The position numbers and the translations under genes were made by a program. A DNA stretch of 64,000 nucleotides from Candidatus Spongiisociaceae bacterium (GTDB taxonomy: Bacteria; Actinomycetota; Acidimicrobiia; Spongiisociales; Spongiisociaceae), in contig OZ241841.1 of the NCBI GenBank assembly GCA_965202665.1, forward strand, positions 2,400,001 through 2,464,000. The letters are read 5' to 3'. Below are positions 29,858 to 38,411 of the stretch, in pieces (within the stretch, counting starts at the first letter, position 1; each line of letters opens with the position of its first letter). The notes below the pieces were generated by a model. It did no database searches. It was given only the letters and a program-made list of their open reading frames with translations, and was not told the origin of the DNA.

Positions 29858-31057
29858 ATGATAAAATGGTTTAAGGGGATGGTGACCCGGGGGCGGAGCC
29901 AGGAACAGGTTGGTGGGGCGGAGGTCAGCGACGGACTGGGAGATCATCTGAAGGATCTGGTCTCGTTCGTGCAGGGGGACTACAAGTCAGCGCGTGAGGC
30001 GACGCCGGGACTTTCAGGACAGCTCGACTATTTGAGAGAGAAGACTTCCGGTATAGAAGGGGAGATCAAGGAGGGTCGAGACGCGGTGGTGGATGTGGCA
30101 GGCAAGGTTGGCGATTTGAGAAGGGGGCTTAGTGATGCCAGCAAGGCAATCAAAGAAGCCGCTGAAGAAGGCCAAGAAGTTGAATGTTTGATGCAGGACG
30201 CCGCGGAACTGGTGGAAAAATACAAAGACGTCGCAAGTGATGTCAAGCAGGCCGTAAATAAAACTAGGGCGGTAGCGAAGGGTGCCGGGGACGTGATGCC
30301 GGATATTGTCGATGTCGCGGCTAAAGCCAGGGAGGTGGTGGAGAGGCAGTACTCCACAGAGCAGAAACTTACCCAGATGGTGGAGCGTGGGTTGTCTCTT
30401 GTTTCCACCACAAGTATCAATAGTGTAGCGGAGAGATTCAAAGAGTCTGCCCGGCGGCAAAGCCGCAAAATCCTTTACCTCTGGATAGCCCTAGTTGTGG
30501 TGGTCTTGGGGGCTGTTTATATATCCATAGGGTTGTGGAATTCGTGGAAAATGGACGAGGTAAAAGAAGGTCTCCCTCTTTTTCTGATTCTGCGGTCCGC
30601 CACGCTCAGCGGGCTAGCCACTCTTATTGTGTTTCTGTATAGGGCGATGAAGCCCGCCGAGCAGGAGCGTAAGAACTACGAGATGAAGAGCAATGTGCTT
30701 GCGTCGTCGATGGCGGTTCATAAAGAATCGTTGTCCGCCCCACTGCAGAGGGTGGTCGCAGAGGAGCTCGGCTGGAAGGCGGCGCCGAGCAGATTGAAAA
30801 TGTATCTACGAAACGATGATGTCGTTTGCCTAGAGAATCTTCTGAACGAGGACATCAACGTGGCCGGGTACGGGGTCATATGCTGGGACAAAGATAACCG
30901 TCGCATAGCGGATTACTCCTACCATATCACCGCGCAAGATATCCTTGCCGGGCATGAATCTATGTCGGTGCTTGATAAGGACATCAGTGAGGTGAGTCGT
31001 GTTGAGTTATATGATGGGGAACGGAATGTCGTGGCCCGATGGACGAATAAAGCGTAA
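29858..31057 (+). CDS. Coiled-coil + two-TM membrane protein with a small C-terminal beta domain (lamin-tail-like pattern)
   Basis: RBS ggaggtg; long heptad-like N-terminal half; hydrophobic segments ILYLWIALVVVVLGAVYISIGLW and LPLFLILRSATLSGLATLIVFLY; C-terminus LENLLNEDINVAGY...VELYDGERNVV. Confidence 0.7.
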   Translation: MIKWFKGMVTRGRSQEQVGGAEVSDGLGDHLKDLVSFVQGDYKSAREATPGLSGQLDYLREKTSGIEGEIKEGRDAVVDVAGKVGDLRRGLSDASKAIKEAAEEGQEVECLMQDAAELVEKYKDVASDVKQAVNKTRAVAKGAGDVMPDIVDVAAKAREVVERQYSTEQKLTQMVERGLSLVSTTSINSVAERFKESARRQSRKILYLWIALVVVVLGAVYISIGLWNSWKMDEVKEGLPLFLILRSATLSGLATLIVFLYRAMKPAEQERKNYEMKSNVLASSMAVHKESLSAPLQRVVAEELGWKAAPSRLKMYLRNDDVVCLENLLNEDINVAGYGVICWDKDNRRIADYSYHITAQDILAGHESMSVLDKDISEVSRVELYDGERNVVARWTNKA

Positions 31058-31147
31058 GGGGACTCCGCCGGGCTGATTTATTCGCCTCCCATAGACAAGG
31101 GGCCACCATATCCACAACCACGTTCACTAGCCTCAGTACACTTCCTG

Positions 31148-31621
31148 TTATCCGCGTTTATCGTAACGAGCACATAGATTTTTCTTTTGATGTATACTTC
31201 TACGCGCTCTTTTAGCTTTGTCATTTTCACCTGTAGGATATATTCTTCCTTCTTTTATCAACTTCTTAAAATCTGATTTTAAATCATTATCGTGTGTATA
31301 TAGAAGTCGCGCTCCACTGATGAGAGCTAATGCAATGATGTGTTGATCATTGGACTTACAGTTACCTTGCTGTAGCAACTGTTGGCATTTTTTATCAACC
31401 TTATCGTCATCTTTTGAAGAAATGCGTATAGCATTACCCGTTCTAAAGGCATTACGATACCAATTGCGAAACAGTAAAGTTCTATCCAGCTCTCCAAGTA
31501 GAGTTTTTCCAACCACTAATTTAATTCCTCCTTTCATAATCCAATTACGCAAATCGTCACCGGATGCCGACTTTTGTCCTAACACCTCGCTAACGGAGTT
31601 CGTATCTAATATAACGCACAT
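31148..31621 (-). CDS. PIN-domain ribonuclease
   Basis: N-terminal VILDTN and the later motifs SNDQHIIALA and LLYTHDNDL match PIN acidic catalytic positions. AT-rich; 8 bp downstream of the ATPase. Confidence 0.8.
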   Translation of the reverse strand: MCVILDTNSVSEVLGQKSASGDDLRNWIMKGGIKLVVGKTLLGELDRTLLFRNWYRNAFRTGNAIRISSKDDDKVDKKCQQLLQQGNCKSNDQHIIALALISGARLLYTHDNDLKSDFKKLIKEGRIYPTGENDKAKRARRSIHQKKNLCARYDKRG

Positions 31622-31629
31622 TTTATATG

Positions 31630-33027
31630 CTATAATCCGATAGATCTGTCTACTTCTTCCATAAAAAACTTACCATAGCCCGGCGGTGCTCCCACAACAT
31701 TCCCCGCTTTGTCGTATCTCATAGAATGTATCTTCACATCGAGTCCAGTCCGTTCAAAATACAAAACAGAAACATCAGATTCTTTTATTTTTCCGTCTCT
31801 AACGTCCATACGCACACGATCTATTATAAAGTCACTGTGCGTTTCAATAATAAACTGTCTATTATTGTTGGCGTATTGGCAAAGCAAAGAAGCTATCTCG
31901 GCTTGAGCCCTAGGATGAAGATGCACTTCTGGTTGCTGTAAAAGATACATACCAAAGCTATTATCTCCAAAGATGTCGGTTAGCAGAGGTAAGATTTGGC
32001 TGACACCATAACCAACATCCTTCAGGTTTCTCCAAGGCCCTGTTTTGCCTTTACCTCCTTTTCTAATCATAACCTGAAAGGGTTCACTTTCATCGCCAAA
32101 ATGTTTTATTCTTATTCTATCTAAGATGCCGGACTGTTGCCCAAATTGTTCTATCATTTTTTTGATATGTTGCCATTCTTGTTTATTTCTGAGAGAAGCA
32201 TCGGCCAGATACATAGGAATATGACCACCCTCATGTTCTGGCTTAGGGTTGTAAGGATCGTAAGTTCGAAGAGGTTTAGTTCTAAATGGACCACTAGCAT
32301 ATGGACGCTTACCGTGATGTCTCACAAAAGTAAAGGAACTTATCCTATCAAGTTTCCGAAAATGCTCCCAATCTTCGGCTTTTATAATCGGTGACCCCTT
32401 AAGAGATTTAAACTTTTTCTGTAAGTCACCTGATTTGGAAGGAATAGTCACAAGACGAAGTCCAGATAGCTCCTCAAGAGTATCATAAGATCTAATCTGT
32501 CTTTGAAACTGCCAACTACCATTTGCAGTAGATAATGTGGCCGTATATTTCTTTGAATTTATTTGTTGTATAAGTGAATTATTACCTTTGGTGATTTCTT
32601 TTCGTTTTAGAACAGGGTTAGTTCCATCTTTTTCAAATTGGACACCAAAATGATATTTGTTTTCTTCGAAAGCTGCGTAAAAATATTCCGCCTGTTCACC
32701 ATTAGTATGATGGTAGGCGATATCCTTGAAGGTACCCATATCGAAGGGTTCTTCATTGAAATTATAACCTCTGCGGTTATGGACGGCATCCCAAAGGATC
32801 CTGATCATGGCCATGAGGGAGGTTTTGCCGGTGCTGTTTTCACCGACCAGCAACGTTAAAGGGGCCAACTGTGCGGTTTGCTTCTCGTGGAAGCACCGAA
32901 AGTTTTCGAGGGTGATGCTATCCATGATGCTGGCTCCGGCGCGCGTCGGCTTGGCGGGCGCGCCGTCTTTTTTGGTGCGACGGGCCTTCTGATTTGCGGT
33001 TGGGCGGGTGGTGGTGGTTGTCGCCAT
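31630..33027 (-). CDS. ABC-type (AAA_21 / DUF3696-like) ATPase
   Basis: ITLENFRCF; Walker A GENSTGKT; signature-like VGYGVSQ; Walker B/D-loop LLQQPEVHLHP; H-loop IIETHS; C-terminal G..PPGYG.FF. Start placed at the second ATG, 6 nt below an extended -10. Confidence 0.85.
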   Translation of the reverse strand: MATTTTTRPTANQKARRTKKDGAPAKPTRAGASIMDSITLENFRCFHEKQTAQLAPLTLLVGENSTGKTSLMAMIRILWDAVHNRRGYNFNEEPFDMGTFKDIAYHHTNGEQAEYFYAAFEENKYHFGVQFEKDGTNPVLKRKEITKGNNSLIQQINSKKYTATLSTANGSWQFQRQIRSYDTLEELSGLRLVTIPSKSGDLQKKFKSLKGSPIIKAEDWEHFRKLDRISSFTFVRHHGKRPYASGPFRTKPLRTYDPYNPKPEHEGGHIPMYLADASLRNKQEWQHIKKMIEQFGQQSGILDRIRIKHFGDESEPFQVMIRKGGKGKTGPWRNLKDVGYGVSQILPLLTDIFGDNSFGMYLLQQPEVHLHPRAQAEIASLLCQYANNNRQFIIETHSDFIIDRVRMDVRDGKIKESDVSVLYFERTGLDVKIHSMRYDKAGNVVGAPPGYGKFFMEEVDRSIGL

Positions 33028-33033
33028 AGGCAT

Positions 33034-33042
33034 ATTTTAGCA
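33034..33042 (-). promoter_or_regulatory. Extended -10 (TGcTAAAAT) for a leaderless ATPase-PIN transcript
   Basis: Reverse complement of attttagca; ATG at 33027 is 6 nt downstream of the hexamer. Confidence 0.6.
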
Positions 33043-33055
33043 CAGCCCCGGGGGC

Positions 33056-33083
33056 TTGCGCGCCGGGCGCCCTGTGCTAGGAT
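33056..33083 (+). promoter_or_regulatory. tRNA-Gln promoter (TTGCGC-N16-TAGGAT, extended TG)
   Basis: Hexamers lie directly upstream of the tRNA 5' end at 33094. Confidence 0.55.
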
Positions 33084-33093
33084 GGGTGTCCCT

Positions 33094-33165
33094 TCGGGAG
33101 TGGTGTAATTGGCAGCACGACAGGTTCTGGCCCTGTTAGTAGGGGTTCGAGTCCTCTCTCCCGAG
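33094..33165 (+). tRNA. tRNA-Gln(CTG)
   Basis: Acceptor TCGGGAG/CTCCCGA; anticodon arm ACAGG-TTCTGGC-CCTGT; T-arm AGGGG-TTCGAGT-CCTCT; CCA not encoded. Confidence 0.95.
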
Positions 33166-33168
33166 CCG

Positions 33169-36100
33169 TTACCCCAGAGGGGCTGGGCGCCCGGCCTGCT
33201 GGTCGGCGGTTTGGCGGGTCTCGTTGATCGCTTTTTGCAGGGCCTTCACTATGCGGGAGCCTCTTCTGGCGAACCCCAGTTCTTTGATGGCTATGTCCAT
33301 CAGTTCCGAGTCGGTCAGCAACCGCCCGTCGGATTCGATCCAGCGGATCAGTTTGACCAGGGACTGGGGACTGTATTCCCCTATGGGATCGCCCGGAACT
33401 ACCGGGCAGGTGCCTTGGCGTTGCGGAACCCGGCCGTTCCTGTCCGGTTCGGGCGGCGGCTCAGCCGGTGGGGGAGTGGCGGGGTGGCTGGGCGCGTCCG
33501 TTTCCGCCGCGGCCCGTTTCCACGCCGTCACCGTTTTTTCTATTTCCTGTTCGCGGTGCAGAAACCAGTCGGTGGACCAGATGCGGTGGAACCGCCACCC
33601 GATGCGCTCCAAGTGTTCCTGCCGGAGGCGGTCGCGGTCGCGGGCCGTCCGGGAAGAATGGTACCGGGCCCCGTCCGCTTCTATGGCCAGCACCATCTGA
33701 CCGGGCCTTTCCGGGTGGGCGGCCGCAAAATCAATCCAGTATCCGGCGCTTCCGTACTGGGCGACCAGCGGGATGCCCGCTTGTTGCAACCCTTTTTGGA
33801 TGTCGCGTTCGAAGCCGTTGAGGGGGGTTTTGTTGGTGCGGGCGAAACCCAGTTTTTCGCCCCCCGTTTCGGCGTAGGCCAAGTACGCCCCCAGCATTCT
33901 GGCCCCTTCCGCTTTCAGTTTGTTCGGGTCCAGGTCGGCGGAGGTGAAAGACGAAACCACGGTCATGCGCCGCCGGGCCCGGGTCACCGCCACGTTCAGC
34001 CGCCGTTCCCCGCCTTCCACGTTCAAAGGCCCGAATCGGTGCACCATTCTTCCGTCCTGCCCCCGGCCGTAGCCGACGGAGAGGATGATGGAATCCCGTT
34101 CGTCTCCCTGCACCCGTTCAATGTTTTTGATGAACAGCGGCTCCGAATCCGACAGGCGCCGGGGACCGTGGTCTATCCAATGATCCAGTTCGGGATGATC
34201 CGCCCGTTCGTTCCGCAACAGTTCTTCCACCAGCCCGGCGTGTTTGACCCCCATGGTGATGACGCCCAGGCTTTCCTCCGGACGTTGACGGGCGTGTTCG
34301 AAAATCAGTTCCACCACCCGGGCCGCCTCCCGCACCTGTTTGCCGGTTCCGCCCGGGTCGTGGTCGGTCAGCACGTGGTTGACGCAGTCATCGTTGGCGG
34401 TTCCCGGAAAAGTGGTGAGAGAACCGTCGTAGAGGGTGGGTTGCGCGTTGGAGAAGGCGATCAGCCTTTCATTGCGGGAACGGTAATGCCAACTGAGGTT
34501 GCGGGTCCCGTGCGGAGGGGAAAGCAAAGTGGCCATCACATCCAGAATGGACTCAAACCCGCTGGTCAAAGAAGCGGGGTTTTCTTCGTCTTCGTCCTCT
34601 TCTTCGATGGACCCCATGAAAAAGCGGGTGGGCGGCAACTGTTTGGTGTCCCCGGTCACCACCACTTTCCCGGCTCGCAGGATAGGGCCGATGGCGTCGG
34701 GGGCGGTCACCTGCGAAGCCTCATCGAAGATCACCACGTCGAACAGCTGCTCCTGCGGCAAGGTTTCCGCCACCAGCAACGGGCTCATCGCCCAGCAGGG
34801 TTTGAGCGCCCGCAACACGTTGGGGGCCTCCTGCAACAGTCGGCGCACCGTCATATGCCCTCTTTTGAGAATGGCCTGTTTCCGCACCAAAAGGCTTTCT
34901 TCGTGATGGTCGTTGCGAGCGTCCCGGGACCATTTCGCCACCTGGCGGCGAACGCGATCTTTGCCTGATTCGATATGCTGCTGATCCACCCGCTTATATT
35001 GTTCAACCGTCCGGTTCAGCGCCTCCCCTGAAAAAGTCCTTATGGAACGGTCGTCCAATCGTATATGGTCGAGCAGGCTCTCATACCAAACGTAGCGGGC
35101 CAGATCCAGGGTTTCTTCCGTGTCCAACCGGCGGCGGGACGCTTCCACCAAAACCTCTTTCAGCCCCCGGGAGGAAAGATTCAAACCCAACTCTGTTATA
35201 TCCGCCAAATTCAATAATGTTTCCTGATGCTCCAGCAAAATCTCCACCCGCTCCTGGAGTTTCTCAAATGTCAGGTCCCCCAACTCCGGGTCGCCGGTTT
35301 GTTCTACGACCTGCTCCAGTTTTTCCAGAGTTGCGGAAATTTCTTTATCTTTAGCAGAGGCGGGCAAATTTTGGGGAAACGCCGATTCGCCGCCCGAATC
35401 GTATTGCCCCCAAGTAGTCAGATGTGAGACTATCTTGTCCACAATTTTATGCAACATTCTCCGAGAAGGCTTGGTGTTATGTTGCCACAGTTGTTTCACC
35501 TCTTTCATAGCCTGGCGGTATTTGCCGTTGAAAGTCAAAAACAAACTCGGTTTGCTTTCCGCTATGACATTCAGCAGTTCGCGATCCAACTCATAGGCGG
35601 CCCATTCAACATATTCACAAAGTTCCTCAATTTCCGTTATAAACCCCACCAGATCCTTCCATTCGGAGACGGTGTTTAGCATTCTGAAACCGAGCTTTTC
35701 CGCAAACTTTTGCCATTCTCTCAAAATCTGAACCAGCTGGCTGTCCAGAAAGCGCAACGATTCAAGGGAATCGGATATTTGGTCGCGAGCGGTGAGGTTT
35801 CCCGCCTGATACGCCAACGCCCAGGGACTGGCCGGCAGTTCGGTTTCCGGCAACAAGGCTAAACCTCCCAAATCGACATACTGCCTTACGTCGCGAAGGG
35901 CCTGCTTCCACTCATCTTCCGCCAGGGCCTGGAGACTATCATCTGTGAAACGGATGTGGGAAGGGACTACTTTGCCCCGAAGGGTAATCAAATTTTCTTC
36001 AATGTCGTAAAGAGTTTCGTCCCAGGGGTCCCTCTTTTTATGCACGGAAGCGGTGTGCTCATTCAAACTTCTGCGATGCTGGGACAAATTTTCTTGTACG

Positions 36101-37263
36101 GGTTGAACATCGGGTTCCTGCGAATTAGTGTATTTATCCAAGGTCATACGCAGATCATTGGCCACCCGGCGCTTCAAACTGCTGGCCCCCGTCTCATGCA
36201 AATCCAAAGCTATGTCCAAATCGTTGTCGCGCAGACGTTTCAGCACCGCATCAATGGCGGCCCGCTTCTCGGCGACGAACAGGACCGTTTTCCGGGAGGC
36301 CACCAGGGCCGCGATAAGGTTGGAGATAGTCTGCGACTTGCCCGTCCCGGGCGGGCCTTCCACCACCAAATCCCGCCCGGCCAGCACCGTGTTGATGACG
36401 CCGGACTGGGAAGCGTCCGCATCCAACACCAGAAACTCTTCGGAAGGGTGCACCATATCGGGATTGACCGGTTCAAAATTAGCGTGTTGCGTGCGGAGCC
36501 TGGATCGGGCTTCGGTATCGCCGGCGATGGCGGCCAGCAGATCGTGTTCGCCCAGCAAACCGTTTTCTTCGGCTTCTTGGATGTCTTTCACCATCGCCAA
36601 CTTCTGATAGGAAAAGTTTCCGACGACGGCCTTGCTCCGGTCGACCGAAAAATCCGGAATTTCGCCCCGGGCCTGGGCGGTGAGCCGGTCCGCCAAAGCC
36701 ATGCGCTCCCCGATGCTGGAAAACTCCCCGTTCCGACCGCCGTCGAAAAGAAACTCGAACTCCGTTTCCAAATGGTGATGCAAAGTGGGATTGACCTGCC
36801 ATTCCCCGCTGATTTGCAAATCGAAGTCTTTGGCGACCCCGCCCCTGGGCTTAAGCGACAGCGGAGTCAGGAGCAAAGGCGCCGCCGGAATGGAAGACGA
36901 CCCCGGTCCGGAAGTGCGCTGGTTCGTCCAAGTCGTCAAACCCCAGGCGAGGAACAGGGTCTGCACCCCGCGTTCCTCGTCGTTTTCCCGCGCTTTGGCG
37001 GCCACCGTCCGGGCCCGCCGCGCCGCATCTTCCAGCCGGTCGGGTTCGGGGAACAGGCGCGAAAGCCGGGTTTTGCGGCTGTTCGTCAACTCGGCCAGGG
37101 CGGTTTGGTCGGCGCCCCCGCCCGCCGACAGGTCCAGCGTGCCCCGGCTGAGATCCCGGTAGTAGAGGAGCGGGTTGCGCCCGCTGCGGTCCAGCAGGTC
37201 GCTGCTCCATTTCTCAGCCGCCTCGGAAATCAGGTGGGCCGTGATCGGGTTGGCTGTGCTCAT
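33169..37263 (-). CDS. DUF4011-type SF1 helicase with a C-terminal Vsr/MTES_1575-like nuclease (Hhe-like defence protein)
   Basis: W...LLD.S.RNPLL N-terminus; Walker A GPPGTGKSQT; FDEASQ; GDTKQLPP; HYRSRNE; ERVQGDERD; RLNVAVTRARR; C-terminal IDFA...AIEADG..YH...ARDRDRLRQEHLE.IGWRFHRIWSTDW. Start taken at MSTANP. Confidence 0.9.
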   Translation of the reverse strand: MSTANPITAHLISEAAEKWSSDLLDRSGRNPLLYYRDLSRGTLDLSAGGGADQTALAELTNSRKTRLSRLFPEPDRLEDAARRARTVAAKARENDEERGVQTLFLAWGLTTWTNQRTSGPGSSSIPAAPLLLTPLSLKPRGGVAKDFDLQISGEWQVNPTLHHHLETEFEFLFDGGRNGEFSSIGERMALADRLTAQARGEIPDFSVDRSKAVVGNFSYQKLAMVKDIQEAEENGLLGEHDLLAAIAGDTEARSRLRTQHANFEPVNPDMVHPSEEFLVLDADASQSGVINTVLAGRDLVVEGPPGTGKSQTISNLIAALVASRKTVLFVAEKRAAIDAVLKRLRDNDLDIALDLHETGASSLKRRVANDLRMTLDKYTNSQEPDVQPVQENLSQHRRSLNEHTASVHKKRDPWDETLYDIEENLITLRGKVVPSHIRFTDDSLQALAEDEWKQALRDVRQYVDLGGLALLPETELPASPWALAYQAGNLTARDQISDSLESLRFLDSQLVQILREWQKFAEKLGFRMLNTVSEWKDLVGFITEIEELCEYVEWAAYELDRELLNVIAESKPSLFLTFNGKYRQAMKEVKQLWQHNTKPSRRMLHKIVDKIVSHLTTWGQYDSGGESAFPQNLPASAKDKEISATLEKLEQVVEQTGDPELGDLTFEKLQERVEILLEHQETLLNLADITELGLNLSSRGLKEVLVEASRRRLDTEETLDLARYVWYESLLDHIRLDDRSIRTFSGEALNRTVEQYKRVDQQHIESGKDRVRRQVAKWSRDARNDHHEESLLVRKQAILKRGHMTVRRLLQEAPNVLRALKPCWAMSPLLVAETLPQEQLFDVVIFDEASQVTAPDAIGPILRAGKVVVTGDTKQLPPTRFFMGSIEEEDEDEENPASLTSGFESILDVMATLLSPPHGTRNLSWHYRSRNERLIAFSNAQPTLYDGSLTTFPGTANDDCVNHVLTDHDPGGTGKQVREAARVVELIFEHARQRPEESLGVITMGVKHAGLVEELLRNERADHPELDHWIDHGPRRLSDSEPLFIKNIERVQGDERDSIILSVGYGRGQDGRMVHRFGPLNVEGGERRLNVAVTRARRRMTVVSSFTSADLDPNKLKAEGARMLGAYLAYAETGGEKLGFARTNKTPLNGFERDIQKGLQQAGIPLVAQYGSAGYWIDFAAAHPERPGQMVLAIEADGARYHSSRTARDRDRLRQEHLERIGWRFHRIWSTDWFLHREQEIEKTVTAWKRAAAETDAPSHPATPPPAEPPPEPDRNGRVPQRQGTCPVVPGDPIGEYSPQSLVKLIRWIESDGRLLTDSELMDIAIKELGFARRGSRIVKALQKAINETRQTADQQAGRPAPLG

Positions 37264-37357
37264 GCTCCGAACTTTACCCAAAGGGTGTGACGGAAAACCG
37301 GGTCCCCCGGAGTGCGGGAGTGCGGGCGGCGCTTTCATCCGGCAACGGCCGCCGGTC

Positions 37358-37366
37358 TGCTACAAT
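37358..37366 (+). promoter_or_regulatory. Extended -10 (TGcTACAAT) for tRNA-Glu
   Basis: TACAAT at 37361-37366, 10 nt before the tRNA. Confidence 0.6.
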
Positions 37367-37376
37367 CGGCGGGCAC

Positions 37377-37449
37377 GGCCCCGTCGTCTAGTGGCCTAGG
37401 ACGCCGCCCTCTCAAGGCGGTAACGCCAGTTCGAATCTGGTCGGGGCTG
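37377..37449 (+). tRNA. tRNA-Glu(CTC)
   Basis: Acceptor GGCCCCG/CGGGGCT; anticodon arm CCGCC-CTCTCAA-GGCGG; T-arm GCCAG-TTCGAAT-CTGGT. Confidence 0.95.
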
Positions 37450-37499
37450 CCGGGGCCGGGGGCGGTCCGTTAACTCCGCCGGGCGGTTATTATCCGTCT

Positions 37500-38411
37500 A
37501 TGCCCAAAATCATTCCCTCCCAAGCCCTCCCCTATATGGCCGACGCGGTGGCGTCGGGCCGCATCGAAGGGGAGTTTTGCGACCTGTCCACGCTCATCCT
37601 GTACGAGTTGGGGCCGGTGCCCGGCATGAGGATCGTCAACGAAGGGGATTACCGGAGGGTTTCCAACATGTGGCGCGCCACGATGGAACTCCGCCGCCGC
37701 CCCGGCGCCCGCCTCGCCCTCGATTTCCACCGCCGCCTTTTTCGGGAGGCGATGGAGCCGGGCGCCGAATGGGAGGCGGGTATTTGGCGCACCGTCCGGG
37801 TTTACATCCACCGGGGATGGATTACCCACATGGACTTCGACGGGGAATGGCAGTTGAAACCGGACCTGTTGCATATGCCGCCCCCGGAGGAGGTGCCCGC
37901 CCTTATGGCGAAATGGGATCGGGAGATGAAACGGGACTGGGAAACCGAGGCCGCCTCGCCCGCCGAAGCGGTGCGCCGGGCCGGGAACGCCCACGCCCGC
38001 TTCGAACGCATACACCCTTTCCCCGACGGCAACGGGCGGGTGGGGCGCGCTTTGGCCGGCGCGCAGATGGGCTTTTGGGGAATCTCCGAAGTGCTGTGGG
38101 AGCGGCGGCCGGACTACTACGACTGCCTGGACGACCCGGTCCAAGCGGGGGTTTTCTTCGAAAAGGCCTGGTCGGAGGCGGAGTCCCGCCGGGCCGGCCG
38201 CAACCGGAACTTCGAGGGCCCTTTGGCCGTAGCCGGGACCCGTCCGGGCGGGCAATGGGAGCTCATCCATCCCCGCGCCGAAGGAATATGGGCGGCGCGG
38301 GAGTTGCTCGATGAATACGGCCCCTCCCTGGGGTGGGGCGACGAAGGCTGGGGGCGCGCCCGCGTTGAGGGCCAACCCTGGAACCCCGAATACGGCGCCG
38401 TCTGGGAATGA
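37500..38411 (+). CDS. Fic-family protein (class II-like, with N-terminal inhibitory motif)
   Basis: Canonical HPFPDGNGRVGR; N-terminal SGRIEG fits (S/T)xxxE(G/N). TATTAT at 37488-37493 is 6 nt before the ATG (leaderless). Confidence 0.88.
   Translation: MPKIIPSQALPYMADAVASGRIEGEFCDLSTLILYELGPVPGMRIVNEGDYRRVSNMWRATMELRRRPGARLALDFHRRLFREAMEPGAEWEAGIWRTVRVYIHRGWITHMDFDGEWQLKPDLLHMPPPEEVPALMAKWDREMKRDWETEAASPAEAVRRAGNAHARFERIHPFPDGNGRVGRALAGAQMGFWGISEVLWERRPDYYDCLDDPVQAGVFFEKAWSEAESRRAGRNRNFEGPLAVAGTRPGGQWELIHPRAEGIWAARELLDEYGPSLGWGDEGWGRARVEGQPWNPEYGAVWE

Noticed and set aside
33109-34968. 619-aa plus-strand ORF
   Set aside because: Starts inside tRNA-Gln and is antisense to the motif-rich helicase.
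37264-37338. 25-aa N-terminal extension of the helicase in the ORF track
   Set aside because: Low-complexity and precedes the family-like N-terminus; ATG at 37263 is more plausible.
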